Origin: Octopus sinensis
Taxonomy: Eukaryota
Direction of reading: 5' to 3'
NCBI RefSeq assembly: GCF_006345805.1
Contig: NC_043017.1
Location: forward strand, 30,380,001-30,444,000
Length of the DNA stretch: 64,000 nucleotides
The position numbers were made by a program, and so were the translations under genes. Shown piece by piece: positions 1-11,544 of this stretch (its first letter is position 1; each line of letters begins with the position of its first letter). The notes beneath the pieces are model-generated. The model searched no databases, was not told the origin of the DNA, and worked only from the letters and a program-made list of their open reading frames with translations.

Positions 1-267
1 AAAAAGCGACAGATGCAATATAATGAGATTGGTAACACAATAAGTAGTATTATGACCATGATATCATCAAACTTGAAATGTCACGTTCAGGAATCATCCG
101 GACAGTAAAAGAATGAAACTTTAAAATAATCAAACATCGCCGTTTGAAAGCTGCCATATTTAGTTGCTACAATTCGTTTTGTTTCTCTTACTTCTTAAGA
201 GAAAGAAGGAACGATCGCACTCTTCGAAATAGTAGACCGGACAAGGTAGTGTATGGAAGATCTGTAG

Positions 268-630
268 TAACCCATGCATTCCAGCTTCCCCTTTCTACAA
301 CACCGATATTATCCAAGGGAAAGCTAAAATCCGATACAACTTGGCAATAGTGAAGTCACAAATCATATATACAGTTAAGTGAACTGGAGCAACATGAAAT
401 AAAGTGTCTTGCTCAAGAAGACACTTCACAGCCATGACTTGAAACGTCACTTGTGTCGAGTTGAATCGGATTTTTTCTTACTCTTGGATAAAATCGATGC
501 CTTGGAGAAGATAGGTTGGTATGCATGGGTGACAGCTGGCCTTCCATGAACCTTTTTCCAGACTTGTGCTTCAGAGGGTCGCATTCTAGGTTCAATCCCA
601 TGGTCCATTCCTGACCAAAGGGCGATCTTT
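268..630. mobile_element. Two diverged fragments of one SINE-like repeat in inverted orientation
   Basis: 268-354 (acccatgcat...ttatccaag...aaaatccgatacaacttggcaatagtga) aligns by eye with the reverse complement of 447-534. The segment gaactggagcaacatgaaataaagtgtcttgctcaag is SINE-like. Confidence 0.55.
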
Positions 631-1631
631 ACATCGTAACATTCGATGAGCCACACATGAATGACCTCAATAAGTAAAGCTGATGCTTCAGTGCCAAAAC
701 AAGGAAAATTTAAAGCTAACAAAATATTCCATATACAGAGCAAACCAAATTTTAAAGCAAGGATATATAAAATGAAACAACAAGAATACAGGCACAATGC
801 GAGATTTCATATAATGATATTCTCCGGCAAAATAAAATTTTAAAAAATAAATGCTATCTCTGTATGATATCTATTCTTATAATTTATACTTATATATCAA
901 ATTACTTAAGTATCCGCTTCTTGCCAACTTTATTACCTATTTTAGTATCTATTCCAATTTTAGTATCTGTTCCAACATTTTTTCCCACTCAGTATGTTCC
1001 ATTCATTTTAAACTATCGTATTCATTTAATCTCGTTCATTTTCGTTTATGCACATTTACAATTATTTATAGCCATTTATGTTACATGATTATATATACAG
1101 TATAAATTTATTTCTCGCATTCACAGTCTACATTGCTTGTTGCACATTAGTCATAAACATTGCGTATTTCTTACTAGTACGGATGCATCTACTTCACTAT
1201 TCACACAACATTCTACGCTGTGTATTCTATGAAATGGCCTAATGAAATCACACTAAAATTATATTGCACAGCTACATAATTTTCTGTGGATCATATGTTT
1301 GCTATACTTCGACCGTTCTCACACAAGCACCACACACTCTTTAATGACTTTTTCAGTAACCTTTACAGGAACTTTGATACTGGAAATGGAAATGAAGAAA
1401 ACAGCATTCAAGAGTTCTTCCTGAACAGCCGCTTCCGCCTTTATATACTAACAGACGGTTGTACTATACAATGAAGAGTGCAGCAGGAAATAATTACATA
1501 TGGTGTTATCTTCAAGTCGTGATCTCCACTCTGGCAACTAAGTGGTTAACTCTATAATTTCCCAAGGACTAAGCAGAGGTTGAAACCATGCGACATATGT
1601 GTGGTTCCCTCTGTTAGGAATATCGCAACTT

Positions 1632-2337
1632 GGATCTTTTCCTTTTGAATGGCAGATGTCAACAGAATTTCTAGTTGACTAAACACTTTTAAACTTCGTA
1701 TACTGGTAGAATGTGTTTATGAAACATCATTTTTTCTTGGCTTTATTGAGAAAATTCTATATGTTGTAACATATTTCCACTTTAAAATCGAGCATTTTGG
1801 CAATTTTAACCAATCGCTCACCTCCATTTGGGGTGAAACGATTCCGTGCTCTATGAATATGCCCCTCGTTTAAGAAACAGATTAGGTTTATTTACATTTG
1901 CGACGAAAAAAAATACCCTTAACCCACCCCTAACCCTAAAATAGATTGAAATTCAATAGATCGATACCAGGGCCATAATTATAGGTGACATTTTCATTTG
2001 ACACCGCTAGAAAAAGATCCATTTTTCGTAGCGGTGTCGTATGAAATTGTCATCCATAATTATGGCCCTGGTATCGATCTATTGAATTTCAATCTATTTT
2101 AGGGTTAGGGGTGGGGGAAGGGTATCTTTTTTTCTTCGCAAATGTATATAAACCCAATCTGTTCCTTAAACGAGGGGCATATTCATTCAGCACGGTATGT
2201 TTTGACTCCAAATGGACCAATTTGATTGGTTAAAATTGCCAAAATGCTCGATTTCATAGTGGAAATATGTTACAAACTATAGAATTTTCTCAATAAAACC
2301 AAGAAAAAATGATGTTTTATAAACACATTCTACCAGT
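1632..2337. mobile_element. Two copies of the GGATC-TIR MITE family joined in inverted orientation (~640-bp imperfect palindrome)
   Basis: 1632-2020 starts ggatcttttcc and ends aaaaagatcc. 2021-2337 is the reverse complement of ~1700-2013. The body matches the copies at 6806, 7514, 10851 and 44290. Confidence 0.85.
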
Positions 2338-2902
2338 TGGACAAGGTAACTACTTGGAAGGAGATGATTTTAAATCTTTGGTAAATGTGTCGCTTTTCAT
2401 TAAGCATAACTCGTCCGGGATGGTTTTGCTACCACCATAAATATTACGTCGTTGAAGTTTCCTTCTATATAATATGCATTCACGAGAGACATCTCCGACA
2501 TATCCAGATATCTTCAGCGACTCCATTGTTTTCTTAAACAATGGCCGCGAATTTTCTCTAATAAATTTTTAGGCTATTGTTTTCCTAAAATATAGAAATA
2601 CATGGACATTTGTGAAGAATTGTATTTCAAAATGCCACAGTGGAAGGAACTGGAAACATCTTTCAATTTATCAGCGTGAACCATCTTTCTTCAAGAAGTT
2701 ACAAATGAAAGTCAATTACCGCGTTGATTGCTAACATTTACCGGAGCGATCTTATTCCAGATTCTTTGACACAATATACGCAATATCGGATATGAATTCT
2801 GCGTTCTCTATAGAATGTATCAATGGATTTCTTCCGCGTATTTTAGCACTTAATCGTTAGGAAACAATTATGAATCGCTTCTACTTGTTTTGCCTTTAAC
2901 TA

Positions 2903-2937
<35 letters not shown>

Positions 2938-3270
2938 GCAGCACAATAGTTTTGTTTTACTAATGTGAATTTTACAGGTCTCATCATCGGGAAACGACAG
3001 TATCAGTTAGAAGGAGTTCGAATGAGAATCTTTCACAGTGTCACAGATGGTTTAGTCAATGACATGCCAAAACACTGATGGAAAGCATGTGGAATTAAGT
3101 ATTCGGCTATATACCCGGAGTGATATTCCCTTGGAAATAGATTTTTCTCTCAAGACGCCCCATGGTAACATGTGATCGAGTTCATCTGCCAAAACTTGAT
3201 ACACTGTAGTAAAATAGTATTCAGCTGAGGTATGTGTGCTGCAATCTATACAATGAGGAAGCATTTATCT

Positions 3271-3474
3271 TCTTTTACCCTTTTACTTGTTTCAGTCATC
3301 TGACTGTGGCCATGCTGGAGCACCGCCTTTAGTCGAGCAAATCGACCCCAGGGCTTATTCTTTGTAAGCCTAGTACTTATTCTATTGGTCTCTTTTGCCG
3401 GACGTTAACATACCAGCATCGGTTGTGGAGCGATGTTGGGAGGACAAACACAGACACACAAATATATACACACA

Positions 3475-3519
<45 letters not shown>

Positions 3520-3660
3520 GACGGGCATCTTTCAGTTTCCGTCTACCAAGCCCACTCACAAGACTTTGGTCGGCCCGAGGCTATAGTAGAAGACAAGTTG
3601 CCCGAAGTGCCATGCAGTGGGACTGAACCCGGAACCATGTGGTTCGTAAGCAAACTACTT
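3271..3660 (-). mobile_element. tRNA-derived SINE family B (internal (TA)n/(CA)n tract)
   Basis: Same sequence as the copies at 14272, 30648, 38511 and 41422. B-box-like gggttcagtccc on the minus strand. Confidence 0.9.
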
Positions 3661-4560
3661 TATCTCATCGAACTGACCATGAAGGTCGAACACAGATAGT
3701 GGTAGCTGCGGGCTGGACAGTGACATTAATGTGTATGTAAATGACAAAGATGGGAAAAATGAGAGAGGCACCGGCGCCCGCCGACCGATAATCCCTCGAA
3801 ATCACAGTTCAATTTAAATCAATAGAAATCTAAATTGTAATCACAAAAATTCAAAAACTACAATTACAAAAAATATATAGTTCATTATTTTTCGTCTTCC
3901 TCATCCGGCCCTCAAGTAAGTTTTCTACCGCCTGCAGGGAAGCCTGCATTGGCAGGCCCAGACCGAGAATAAAAATCTTTGTTACAGGTCTTCATGACCT
4001 CAATCAGTTCTTTCTGATTTATGACCTCTGCAGCCACCTGCGGAGGCCAGCTTGGACAGTCTATACAGGTCGAGTCATATCGCTTTAGGTCTAGGAGACT
4101 ATCCAAGAATAACTCAATAGGCCTTCCCTTGAGATAGAAAATGACAACCTCCTCCGCACAGAGAGAGATCTTATCCTGTTCTGTCAGTGGCACAATTCCC
4201 ATTGACAGAGCCTCTCGCTCCGGTGGCACACTTCCCACCGGAGGAACATCGGATTCGGTCGGTGGCACAGCGACCACCGCTGATCGTCTCCCGTTTTTCT
4301 TCATCTGTTTTCTTCTTCTTTCGGTTGCGGGAGTCGGGGCCTCCATCGGCACCTCCGAAGGGTCCCCCCTCCTCTCCCGCAACATGCACGTCTCCTGGAG
4401 AGCAACCGCTGTTTTCGTTGCGGTCGACACCTCAACGACATCCTCCGTTTTTCCCTGCAATGGGAGAGCGTAGGGCAGGAACCTTCCACTTTTCCTGTTC
4501 CGGAGACTTACCACGACCTGACACCCGGCACGAGTGACACTATCCATATTGTTTTTGCCA
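3661..4560 (-). mobile_element. GC-rich retroelement remnant, probably the ORF1 3' part of a Tx1-like LINE, bounded by SINEs
   Basis: GC-rich open frame 3912-4560; the first ~50 aa of the listed 265-aa ORF are SINE sequence. Low-complexity charged/Pro-rich linker, then an AT-rich spacer. No diagnostic motif, so the family assignment is inferred. Confidence 0.4.
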
Positions 4561-4563
4561 AAA

Positions 4564-4978
4564 GGCGGCGAGCTGGCAGAAACGTTAGCATGCCGGGCGA
4601 AATGCCTAGCGGTATTTCGTCTGTCGTTACGTTCTGTGTTCAAATTCCGCTGAGGTCGACTTTGCCTTTCATCATTTCGGGGTCGATAAATAAAGTACCA
4701 GTTACTCACTGGGGTCGATATAATCGACTTAATCCGTTTGTCTGTCCTTGTTTGTCCTCTCTGTGTTTAGCCCCTTGTGGGTAGTAAAGAAATAGGTATT
4801 TCATCTGTCGTTACGTTCTGAGTTCAAATTCCGTCGTGGTCGACTTTGCCTTTCATCCTGTCGGGGTGGATTAAATAAGTACCAGTTACGCACTGGGATC
4901 GATGTAATCGACTTAATCCGTTTGTCTGTCCTTGTTTGTCCTCTCTGTGTTTAGCCCCTTGTGGGGAGTAAAGAAATA
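4564..4978 (+). mobile_element. tRNA-derived SINE family A, head plus two body units
   Basis: Head ggcggcgagctggcagaaacgttagc, B-box-like gttcaaattcc. The body ending gtagtaaagaaata occurs twice. Confidence 0.9.
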
Positions 4979-5321
4979 CATTTTTTGGCATGTCCAAAGC
5001 AATAGTTCACAAAAAAGGAAAGAGAATTCCAAAGAAAACAAAAGGGAAGAAGAAAGAAATAGAAAGTAACAATAGAAGAAGAAGAAAGAATATGTTTAAT
5101 TAAAGAAAACAGCAAAAAAAAAAATCTTCTGTGCATTCATGTACTCGAAGCCCTTATGGTACTTCAATTCGAACCTGGATTGCTCCACTTGAATACAGCT
5201 TTCCAACGTAGTCGCAAAATACACAGTATTTAAAAACAGCGAACGACTTTCGGTTGCAGGATAGTCACCAAACTAAATTTCTCACAATGAGATACAAATT
5301 TTCACTTAATGTGAACACTTG

Positions 5322-5759
5322 GAGAACGAGAATGGAAGGTTCGGTGAAAGGGTCTTTCATCTCTGGCCCCGGTTTGCTGTTTTACTTCAGATACCATCTG
5401 AAGAGCAAGATGGGGTTGGAGAGGCGGTCCCTTCCACCGAAAGAATACGAGAAACGATGGAAGGGTGTGATAAGAAAGGTGGGTTTTATTAACCCAGCTT
5501 AATCATTGATGAAAGGAAAAGATCGTTGCTGGGCTGCCGAGTTCGATCCTTTGACCTTTTTTGTTCGTTTTTTTTCTTTGATTTAGTCTTTTTTTTTTTA
5601 ATAAAGTTCTAGTAAAAGGAAAATTTAAACGATCTATAAAATACTTCTTAAGTAAGTTTAATATTTATATCATTCGAACTCATGTAAAAATTTTTGTTTT
5701 TTGTTTGTCCTGTATTGTGAAATTCTATATAAGATCATCATGATCATAATAAAGATACT
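5322..5759 (+). mobile_element. 5'-truncated Tx1-like LINE 3' end with 18-bp TSD
   Basis: Translation WRTRM...FYFRYHLKSKMGLERRSL...EKRW matches the ORF2 C-terminus of the 53-64 kb elements (WWTRAKG...FFKYHLKRKVRMERE...KKRW). Flanked by acttaatgtgaacacttg at 5304-5321 and 5760-5777, with aataaa just before the second copy. Confidence 0.85.
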
Positions 5760-5810
5760 ACTTAATGTGAACACTTGAAATACAGTTTTCCAATAATGGT
5801 AAATGTTGTT

Positions 5811-6330
5811 GGTACTACTAGTGAACAGTGGTCCCGGTGCGCGCTAGCTAGTCCTAAGTACTTGTTTCTTTACTACCCACGAGGGACTAAACACAGAGGG
5901 GACAAACAAGAACAGACAAATGGATTAAGTCGATTGCATCGACCCCAGAGCGAAACTGGTACTTATTTAATCGACCCCGAAAGGATGAAAGGCAAAGTGG
6001 ACCTCGACGGAATTTGAACTCTGAACGTCGCCGCAGACGAAATACGGCTACGCATTTCGCCCGGCGCGCTAACAATTCTGCCAGCTCGCCGCCTAGTCGT
6101 AAGTAGTCGATGCTACAACGATTTGCTTGTATTTCAAAGCTGAATACATATCAAAGAAAATTAAATAATATTTTTCGAACAAAGCAAATAATTTTTTAAA
6201 CTAAGTAAATAAATCATTTTTATGAACAAACTAAGGTTAGAGTTAGCAGTGAAAAGTCGTTGTAGGATCGACTAATTACGACCAGCTAGCGCGAGTGCGC
6301 GCACCGGGACCACTGTTCGCTAGTTGTACC
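5811..6330. mobile_element. MITE with ~75-80-bp TIRs and degenerate 9-bp TSD (MULE- or Merlin-like)
   Basis: TIR ggtac(t/a)actag(t/c)gaacagtggtcccggtgcgcgc...tagct(a/g)gtcgtaa(g/t)tagtcgat(g/c)ctacaacga. Flanks are aatgttgtt and gatgctgtt (7/9 match). Confidence 0.75.
5861..6093 (-). mobile_element. SINE family A inserted in the left TIR of the MITE
   Basis: Reverse complement of family A, with a 12-bp TSD tagtcctaagta (5849-5860) / tagtcgtaagta (6094-6105). Confidence 0.9.
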
Positions 6331-6525
6331 GATGCTGTTGTTGTAAAAACAAAGTATTTGAAGAATACGCCCACCAGACAATGAGAAAAAAAATCTTCGT
6401 TTAGTATGGACCATATCGCTGAACCAGAAATAGACCAATATCCTGAATTCAGAGAGGATTCCTTGTTTGTAAAATATTTAAGCACAGACAACGACCCTCA
6501 CCGGGTCTAAAGAGAAAAGCCTTAC

Positions 6526-6603
6526 CTTGCAGCAGCTTCTGTTGGCAGACTAAACACAGCCGGCTATCATCTTCAGTGGACAAAACAATGGCGCATGCGC
6601 ACA
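6526..6603 (-). other. Candidate 78-nt internal exon (phase 1-1; xCACAIVLSTEDDSRLCLVCQQKLLQ)
   Basis: Acceptor tctttgttgtcag and donor CAAG|gtaagg. One frame is open and the length is a multiple of 3. No homology recognised. Confidence 0.3.
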
Positions 6604-6805
6604 CTGACAACAAAGACTCATGGGAAGTTAGCTACTTTATTTCATCAAATTTGCCATGACGGCATTACAAACAGGGGACGAACAAAGACAAATAAACATA
6701 AGAAAGGGAAGTAGCTGTTAATCAATTAAAAAAACAGTTTCGGATGATAGGTGAATGATGAGACAATAAATATGAAACTATATATACAGTTAAAAAACTT
6801 TTTCA

Positions 6806-7213
6806 GGATCCTTTCGGTTTGAACGGCAGTTTTTTCTAGCGGTGTCATATGAAATTGTCACCCATAGTTATGACCCTAGTATCAATCTATTGCATTTCAA
6901 TCTGTTTTAGGGTTAGGGGTGGGGGAAGGGTATCTTTGTTTCTTCACAAATGTAAATAAACCCAATGTGTTTCTTAAACGAGGGACATATTCATACGGCA
7001 CAGAATGTTTTTTACCTCAATGGACGTCAGTGATTGGTAAAATTGCAGGAATTGAAGGAAAAACAACAACAAATATCTTACAAACTATAGTATTTCTCAA
7101 TAAAGCCAAGAGAAAAACATGTTTTATAAACACATTCTGCCAGTATACGAAGTTTAAAATTTTTTAGCTACCTAGAAATTATGTTAAAAACTGCCGTTCA
7201 AACCGAAAGATCC
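6806..7213. mobile_element. GGATC-TIR MITE (~410 bp, 8-bp TSD)
   Basis: TIRs ggatc(c/t)tttcggtttgaacggcagtttt. Flanks are ctttttca and ctttttta (7/8 match). Confidence 0.9.
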
Positions 7214-7380
7214 CTTTTTTAAATTTTACGTTCATTGTGGTTTGCAATGTATTCGCTAAAGGCATCCGGCCACCTGGGTGGAACCTTTACGTTTCATGTT
7301 GAATGCACTTACTTGGTGCCAATTGCACTCAACTTACTTTCCACAGGTTTCCATCAGTTAACAAATATATCTCTTGACAG

Positions 7381-8005
7381 AGGCGGCGAGCTGGCAGAAA
7401 CGTTAGCACACTGGGCGAAGTGCGTAGCCATATTTCGTCTGCCGTTACGTTCTGGGTTCAAATTCCGCCGTGGTCGACTCTGCCTTTCATCCTTTCGGGG
7501 TCGATAAATTAAGGGATCTTTTCGGTTTGAACGGCAGTTTTTAACATAAAAAATGTTAAACTTCGTGTACTGGTAGAATGTATTTATAAAACATCTTTTT
7601 CTCTTGGCTTTATTGAGAAAATTCTATAGTTTGTAAGACATTTGTTGTTTTTTTCCTTCAATTTCTGCAATTTCAACCAATGACGTCTATTGAGGTAAAA
7701 AAACATTCTGTGCCGTATGAATATGTCCCTCGTTTAAAAAAACAGATTGGGTTTATTTACATTTCTGAAGAAAATAAGATACCCTTCCCCCCACCCCTAA
7801 CCCTAACTAATCCTAACCCTGAAACAGATTGAAATGCAATAGATCGATACTAGGGTCATAATTGTGGGTGACAATTTCATATGACACAGCTAGAAAAAAC
7901 TGCCGTTGAAACCGAAAGGATCCAAATTAAGTACCAGTTACGCACTAGGCTCGATGTAATCGACTTAATCCGTGTGTCCCCTCTGTGTTTAGCTCCTTGT
8001 GGGTA
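7381..8005 (+). mobile_element. SINE family A interrupted by a MITE
   Basis: SINE sequence stops at ...gataaattaag (7513) and resumes as aaattaagtaccag (7924). Confidence 0.9.
7514..7923. mobile_element. GGATC-TIR MITE with perfect 8-bp TSD AAATTAAG
   Basis: TSD at 7506-7513 and 7924-7931, with terminal inverted repeats of ~28 bp. Confidence 0.95.
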
Positions 8006-8009
8006 GCAA

Positions 8010-9350
8010 ATAAATGTATATCCCGTGCCAGACACCTCTTCTCCAGCCTGATAATACTATTGAGGTGGTAACTAAATAAGTTGTCAAACCCCCGGCCAGA
8101 AACAAAGGTAACAGTCAGTATGCCTTTCACACGCGTCTGCCATACTTTCTTTCTTTCAGTATGGCTACAACGCAGAAAAAACAGGCCTTCCTTTTCCTGC
8201 TCAGGGAAGGAGGTGGCACGGTCTTTATTATGGACTCAGCCGATAGCTGTACTCTTCCCATCACTGACATCAGTTATTCGACGAAAGCTATCAGTCCCGA
8301 CGATTCCAGACACTCCTCGAATGCGTGCAAGACGGTTTCCCTATCCTATCCACATCTCGGACATGTCGGCGACACGGCACCTCCGTGCCTTGAAAGCTTG
8401 TCACGAACCGGTAAAGCCGCACAGAAGCACTGCCAAGCCAGGGATTTCTAGTAATTATTGAGATACCCCGGACCGAACGTTCTCCTGAACAGGTTGATTA
8501 ACTGATTTTCATTGTAGCCCAGGGTCTCCCCCAAGGCGTCTTCGGACTTGGTCTCTACTAACCCGCTATAAAAGTCCACAGTGGAACTCCTGCTGCCGGC
8601 ATTGCCCGTCCGAGAGAGTAGCTGAAGTGCCTGGCGGCACTCTAGTCCCCCAGCCTAGGTCTCTTCTTAATCCACGTACCAACGTCCGTTAAGGACGTTA
8701 ACTGTGCGGCGTCCACACCTGTTCTCCATCCAGGTAAAGCCATCGTGCCTCAACGCGAATTTTCGCATCTTCAGCCAGGGCATCCCTAGCCCACCCTTTA
8801 GCGGTTTCTGACAGTAGACAGAGCGCTTTACAAGTGGCTTTCTTCCTTTCCACAAAAAGCAGAAAAGGATTCTTTCCAACTTGTTCAGCTACACATCGGA
8901 GCAAGGCACCACGGTCAGACGGTAAGTGATTACTGATGCTATAAACATCTGCACCACCCCCGCCCTCCTTAGCAAGGATAACACCCGCCCAGATCAGGTC
9001 TGGGTTAAAGCAGTCACCTTGCTGGCCACCTCACTACACTTTTTCTCTATCTGGAGGTCTGAACCAATCCAAACTCCGAGCAGCTTAACAGGACCTCCCG
9101 TCCAACCCCACAAGACGTTATTGGACGGCATCGGGTTGCCTCTCCAGGTGCCGAGATGCACACCGACCGACTTGTCCTTGTTAACCTTCGCTCCTGCCAC
9201 CGCCTCATAACTTCTGATGGACTTTCCTACCACTGGAAGCTGGCCTTCATCCGCCACAATGATGGAGATGTTATCCGCGTACGCCGTAGCTCCTCTTCCA
9301 CACCATACACCATGCGGCGTGCCCCCTAGTTCAAATCCCTTCCTCGCTGG
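8010..9350 (-). mobile_element. Degraded Tx1-like LINE ORF2 fragment (RT C-terminal half to zinc knuckle region)
   Basis: ATAYADNIS, YEAVAGAKVNKDKSVG, GPVKLLGVWIG and ILFCFLWKG...PLKGGLGMP are colinear with the 53-64 kb elements. Multiple stops and frameshifts. Confidence 0.9.
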
Positions 9351-9364
9351 AGAGCGAGACGTAA

Positions 9365-10510
9365 CAACAAAGCCTACAACGTTCGAAATTATTTTTTTTC
9401 ACGCAATAATAAAAATGCAGTATCCCAAGAAACGGGAAACCTATAATTATTTTTTCTTCACAACGAGGACAACAGTTCAAATCTCACCCCCGCTAGGAGC
9501 GGGTGTCACAATGGAGCCTACAACGGCTAACATTAATTTTTTTCACACAATAATAAATTGACTATCCCAACATAGGGAAACCTATAATTTTTTACTTTTT
9601 TTTTTCCTCTCAACGAGGACAACAGTTCAAATCTCACACCCGCTAGGAGCGGCTGTCACAATAGAGCCTACAATGGCTAACATAAATTTTTCACACAATA
9701 ATAAATTGACTATCCCAAAGGAGAGAAACTTATAATTTTTTACCTTTTTTTCCTCTCAACGAGGACAACAGTTCGAATCTCACCCCCGCTAGGAGCGGTT
9801 GCCACAATAGAGCATACAACGGCTAAAATTAAATTTTTCACACAATAATAAATTGACTATCCCAACATAGGGAAACCTATAATTTTTTACTTTTTTTTTT
9901 CCTCTCAACGAGGACAACAGTTCAAATCTCACACCCGCTAGGAGCGGCTGTCACAATAGAGCCTACAATGGCTAACATAAATTTTTCACACAATAATAAA
10001 TTGACTATCCCAAAGGAGAGAAACTTATAATTTTTTACCTTTTTTTCCTCTCAACGAGGACAACAGTTCGAATCTCACCCCCGCTAGGAGCGGTTGCCAC
10101 AATAGAGCATACAACGGCTAAAATTAAATTTTTCACACAATAATAAATTGATTATCCCAAAATAGGGAAACCTATAATTTTTTTACTTTTTTTTTTCCTC
10201 TCAACGAGGACAACATTTCAAATCTCACCCCCGCTAGGAGCGGTTGCCACAATAGAGCATACAACGGCTAAAATTAAATTTTTCACACAATAATAAATTG
10301 ATTATCCCAAAATAGGGAAACCTATAATTTTTTACTTTATTTTTTCCTCTCAACGAGGACAACAGTTCAAATCTCACCCCGCTAGGAGCGGTTGCCACAA
10401 CGGCTATCATTAAATTTTTTCACACAATAATTTGACTATCCCAAAATAGGGAAACCTATAATACTTTTTCCCTCTTAATGAGGATAACAGTTCGAATCGC
10501 ATCCCCGCTG
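9365..10510. repeat. Tandem array of ~8 units of 146-150 bp
   Basis: The anchor caacgaggacaaca starts at 9461, 9611, 9757, 9906, 10052, 10202 and 10351, with a degenerate copy at ~10476. Confidence 0.95.
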
Positions 10511-10850
10511 GGGGAACGACGATATCAGAGAAAATAGTGAGGTCAACGAGAAACATAGTGGTGACCTTCTTACATAGACTTGGAAGAGAATATGTGGAAT
10601 GTAGTCTTCAGCCATCTAAACTTTAGATCCATTTAGAGCTGTGAACTGTATTCTAGTTACCGTCAGAGAATCTACTAAACATTCAATATACTGGAACCAT
10701 ATATCGAGATTTGTCTACACAAAAGGATAGGGTGAGGGTAGTAAAAGGGGAATGCCGGATGGGGAAGGGTTGATAATTGGAAGAAGGAAGGATTGTAAGG
10801 GCCAATACTTATTTTATCATATTAAACGAGAAGATAATGAAAAACCAAAG

Positions 10851-11262
10851 GGATAAGGTTTGAACGGCAGCTTTTTCTAGCGGTGTCATATGAAATTATC
10901 ACCCATAATTATGACCCTATTATCGATCTGTTTTAGGGTTAGGGTTAGAGTTAGGGTTAGGTTTAAGGGTGGGGGGAAGGGTATCATTTTCATCAGAAAT
11001 GTAAATAAACCTAATCTGTGTCTTAAACGAGGGACATATTCATACGGCACAGAATGTTTTCACCTCAATAGACGTCATTGATTGGTTGAAATTGCAGAAA
11101 TTGAAGAAAAAAACAACAAATATCTTACAAACTATAGAATTTTCTCAATAAAGTCAAGAGAAAAAGATGTTTTATAAATACATTCAACCAGTATACGAAG
11201 TTTAAAATGTTTTAGTTACCTAGAAATTATGTTAAAAACTGCCGTTCAAACCTAAAAGATCC
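10851..11262. mobile_element. GGATC-TIR MITE (left TIR damaged)
   Basis: Family body with an intact right TIR (aaaactgccgttcaaacctaaaagatcc) and an expanded ttaggg-like tract. No TSD recovered. Confidence 0.9.
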
Positions 11263-11544
11263 GTAATATAAATGAAGGGGTGGAATATAAAAACGGATAA
11301 TAAGGTAGGTAGTATATTACATCTTAGCAAATTTGTAATGTTAATACGAGAAAATTTTAATCAGTATATAGAAGAATGTTAGAAATTACATCTAAAATTT
11401 AATAAAGGGATATTTTAATATAAGAAACAATATATTAAGAATTTTCATAAACATAGTGAATAGAAGATCATAGTAAAAATATTCTATAATGAATGTATAA
11501 CGAAATTAAATTATATATGAGGAACTTAGAGTATACGTTAACCT

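Noticed and set aside
6591-6601. NRF1-like GCGCATGCGCA promoter motif
   Set aside because: A single short motif with no CpG-island-like context, overlapping an alternative exon reading.
9365-10510. CRISPR-like array
   Set aside because: Whole units repeat with no unique spacers, and the context is eukaryotic.
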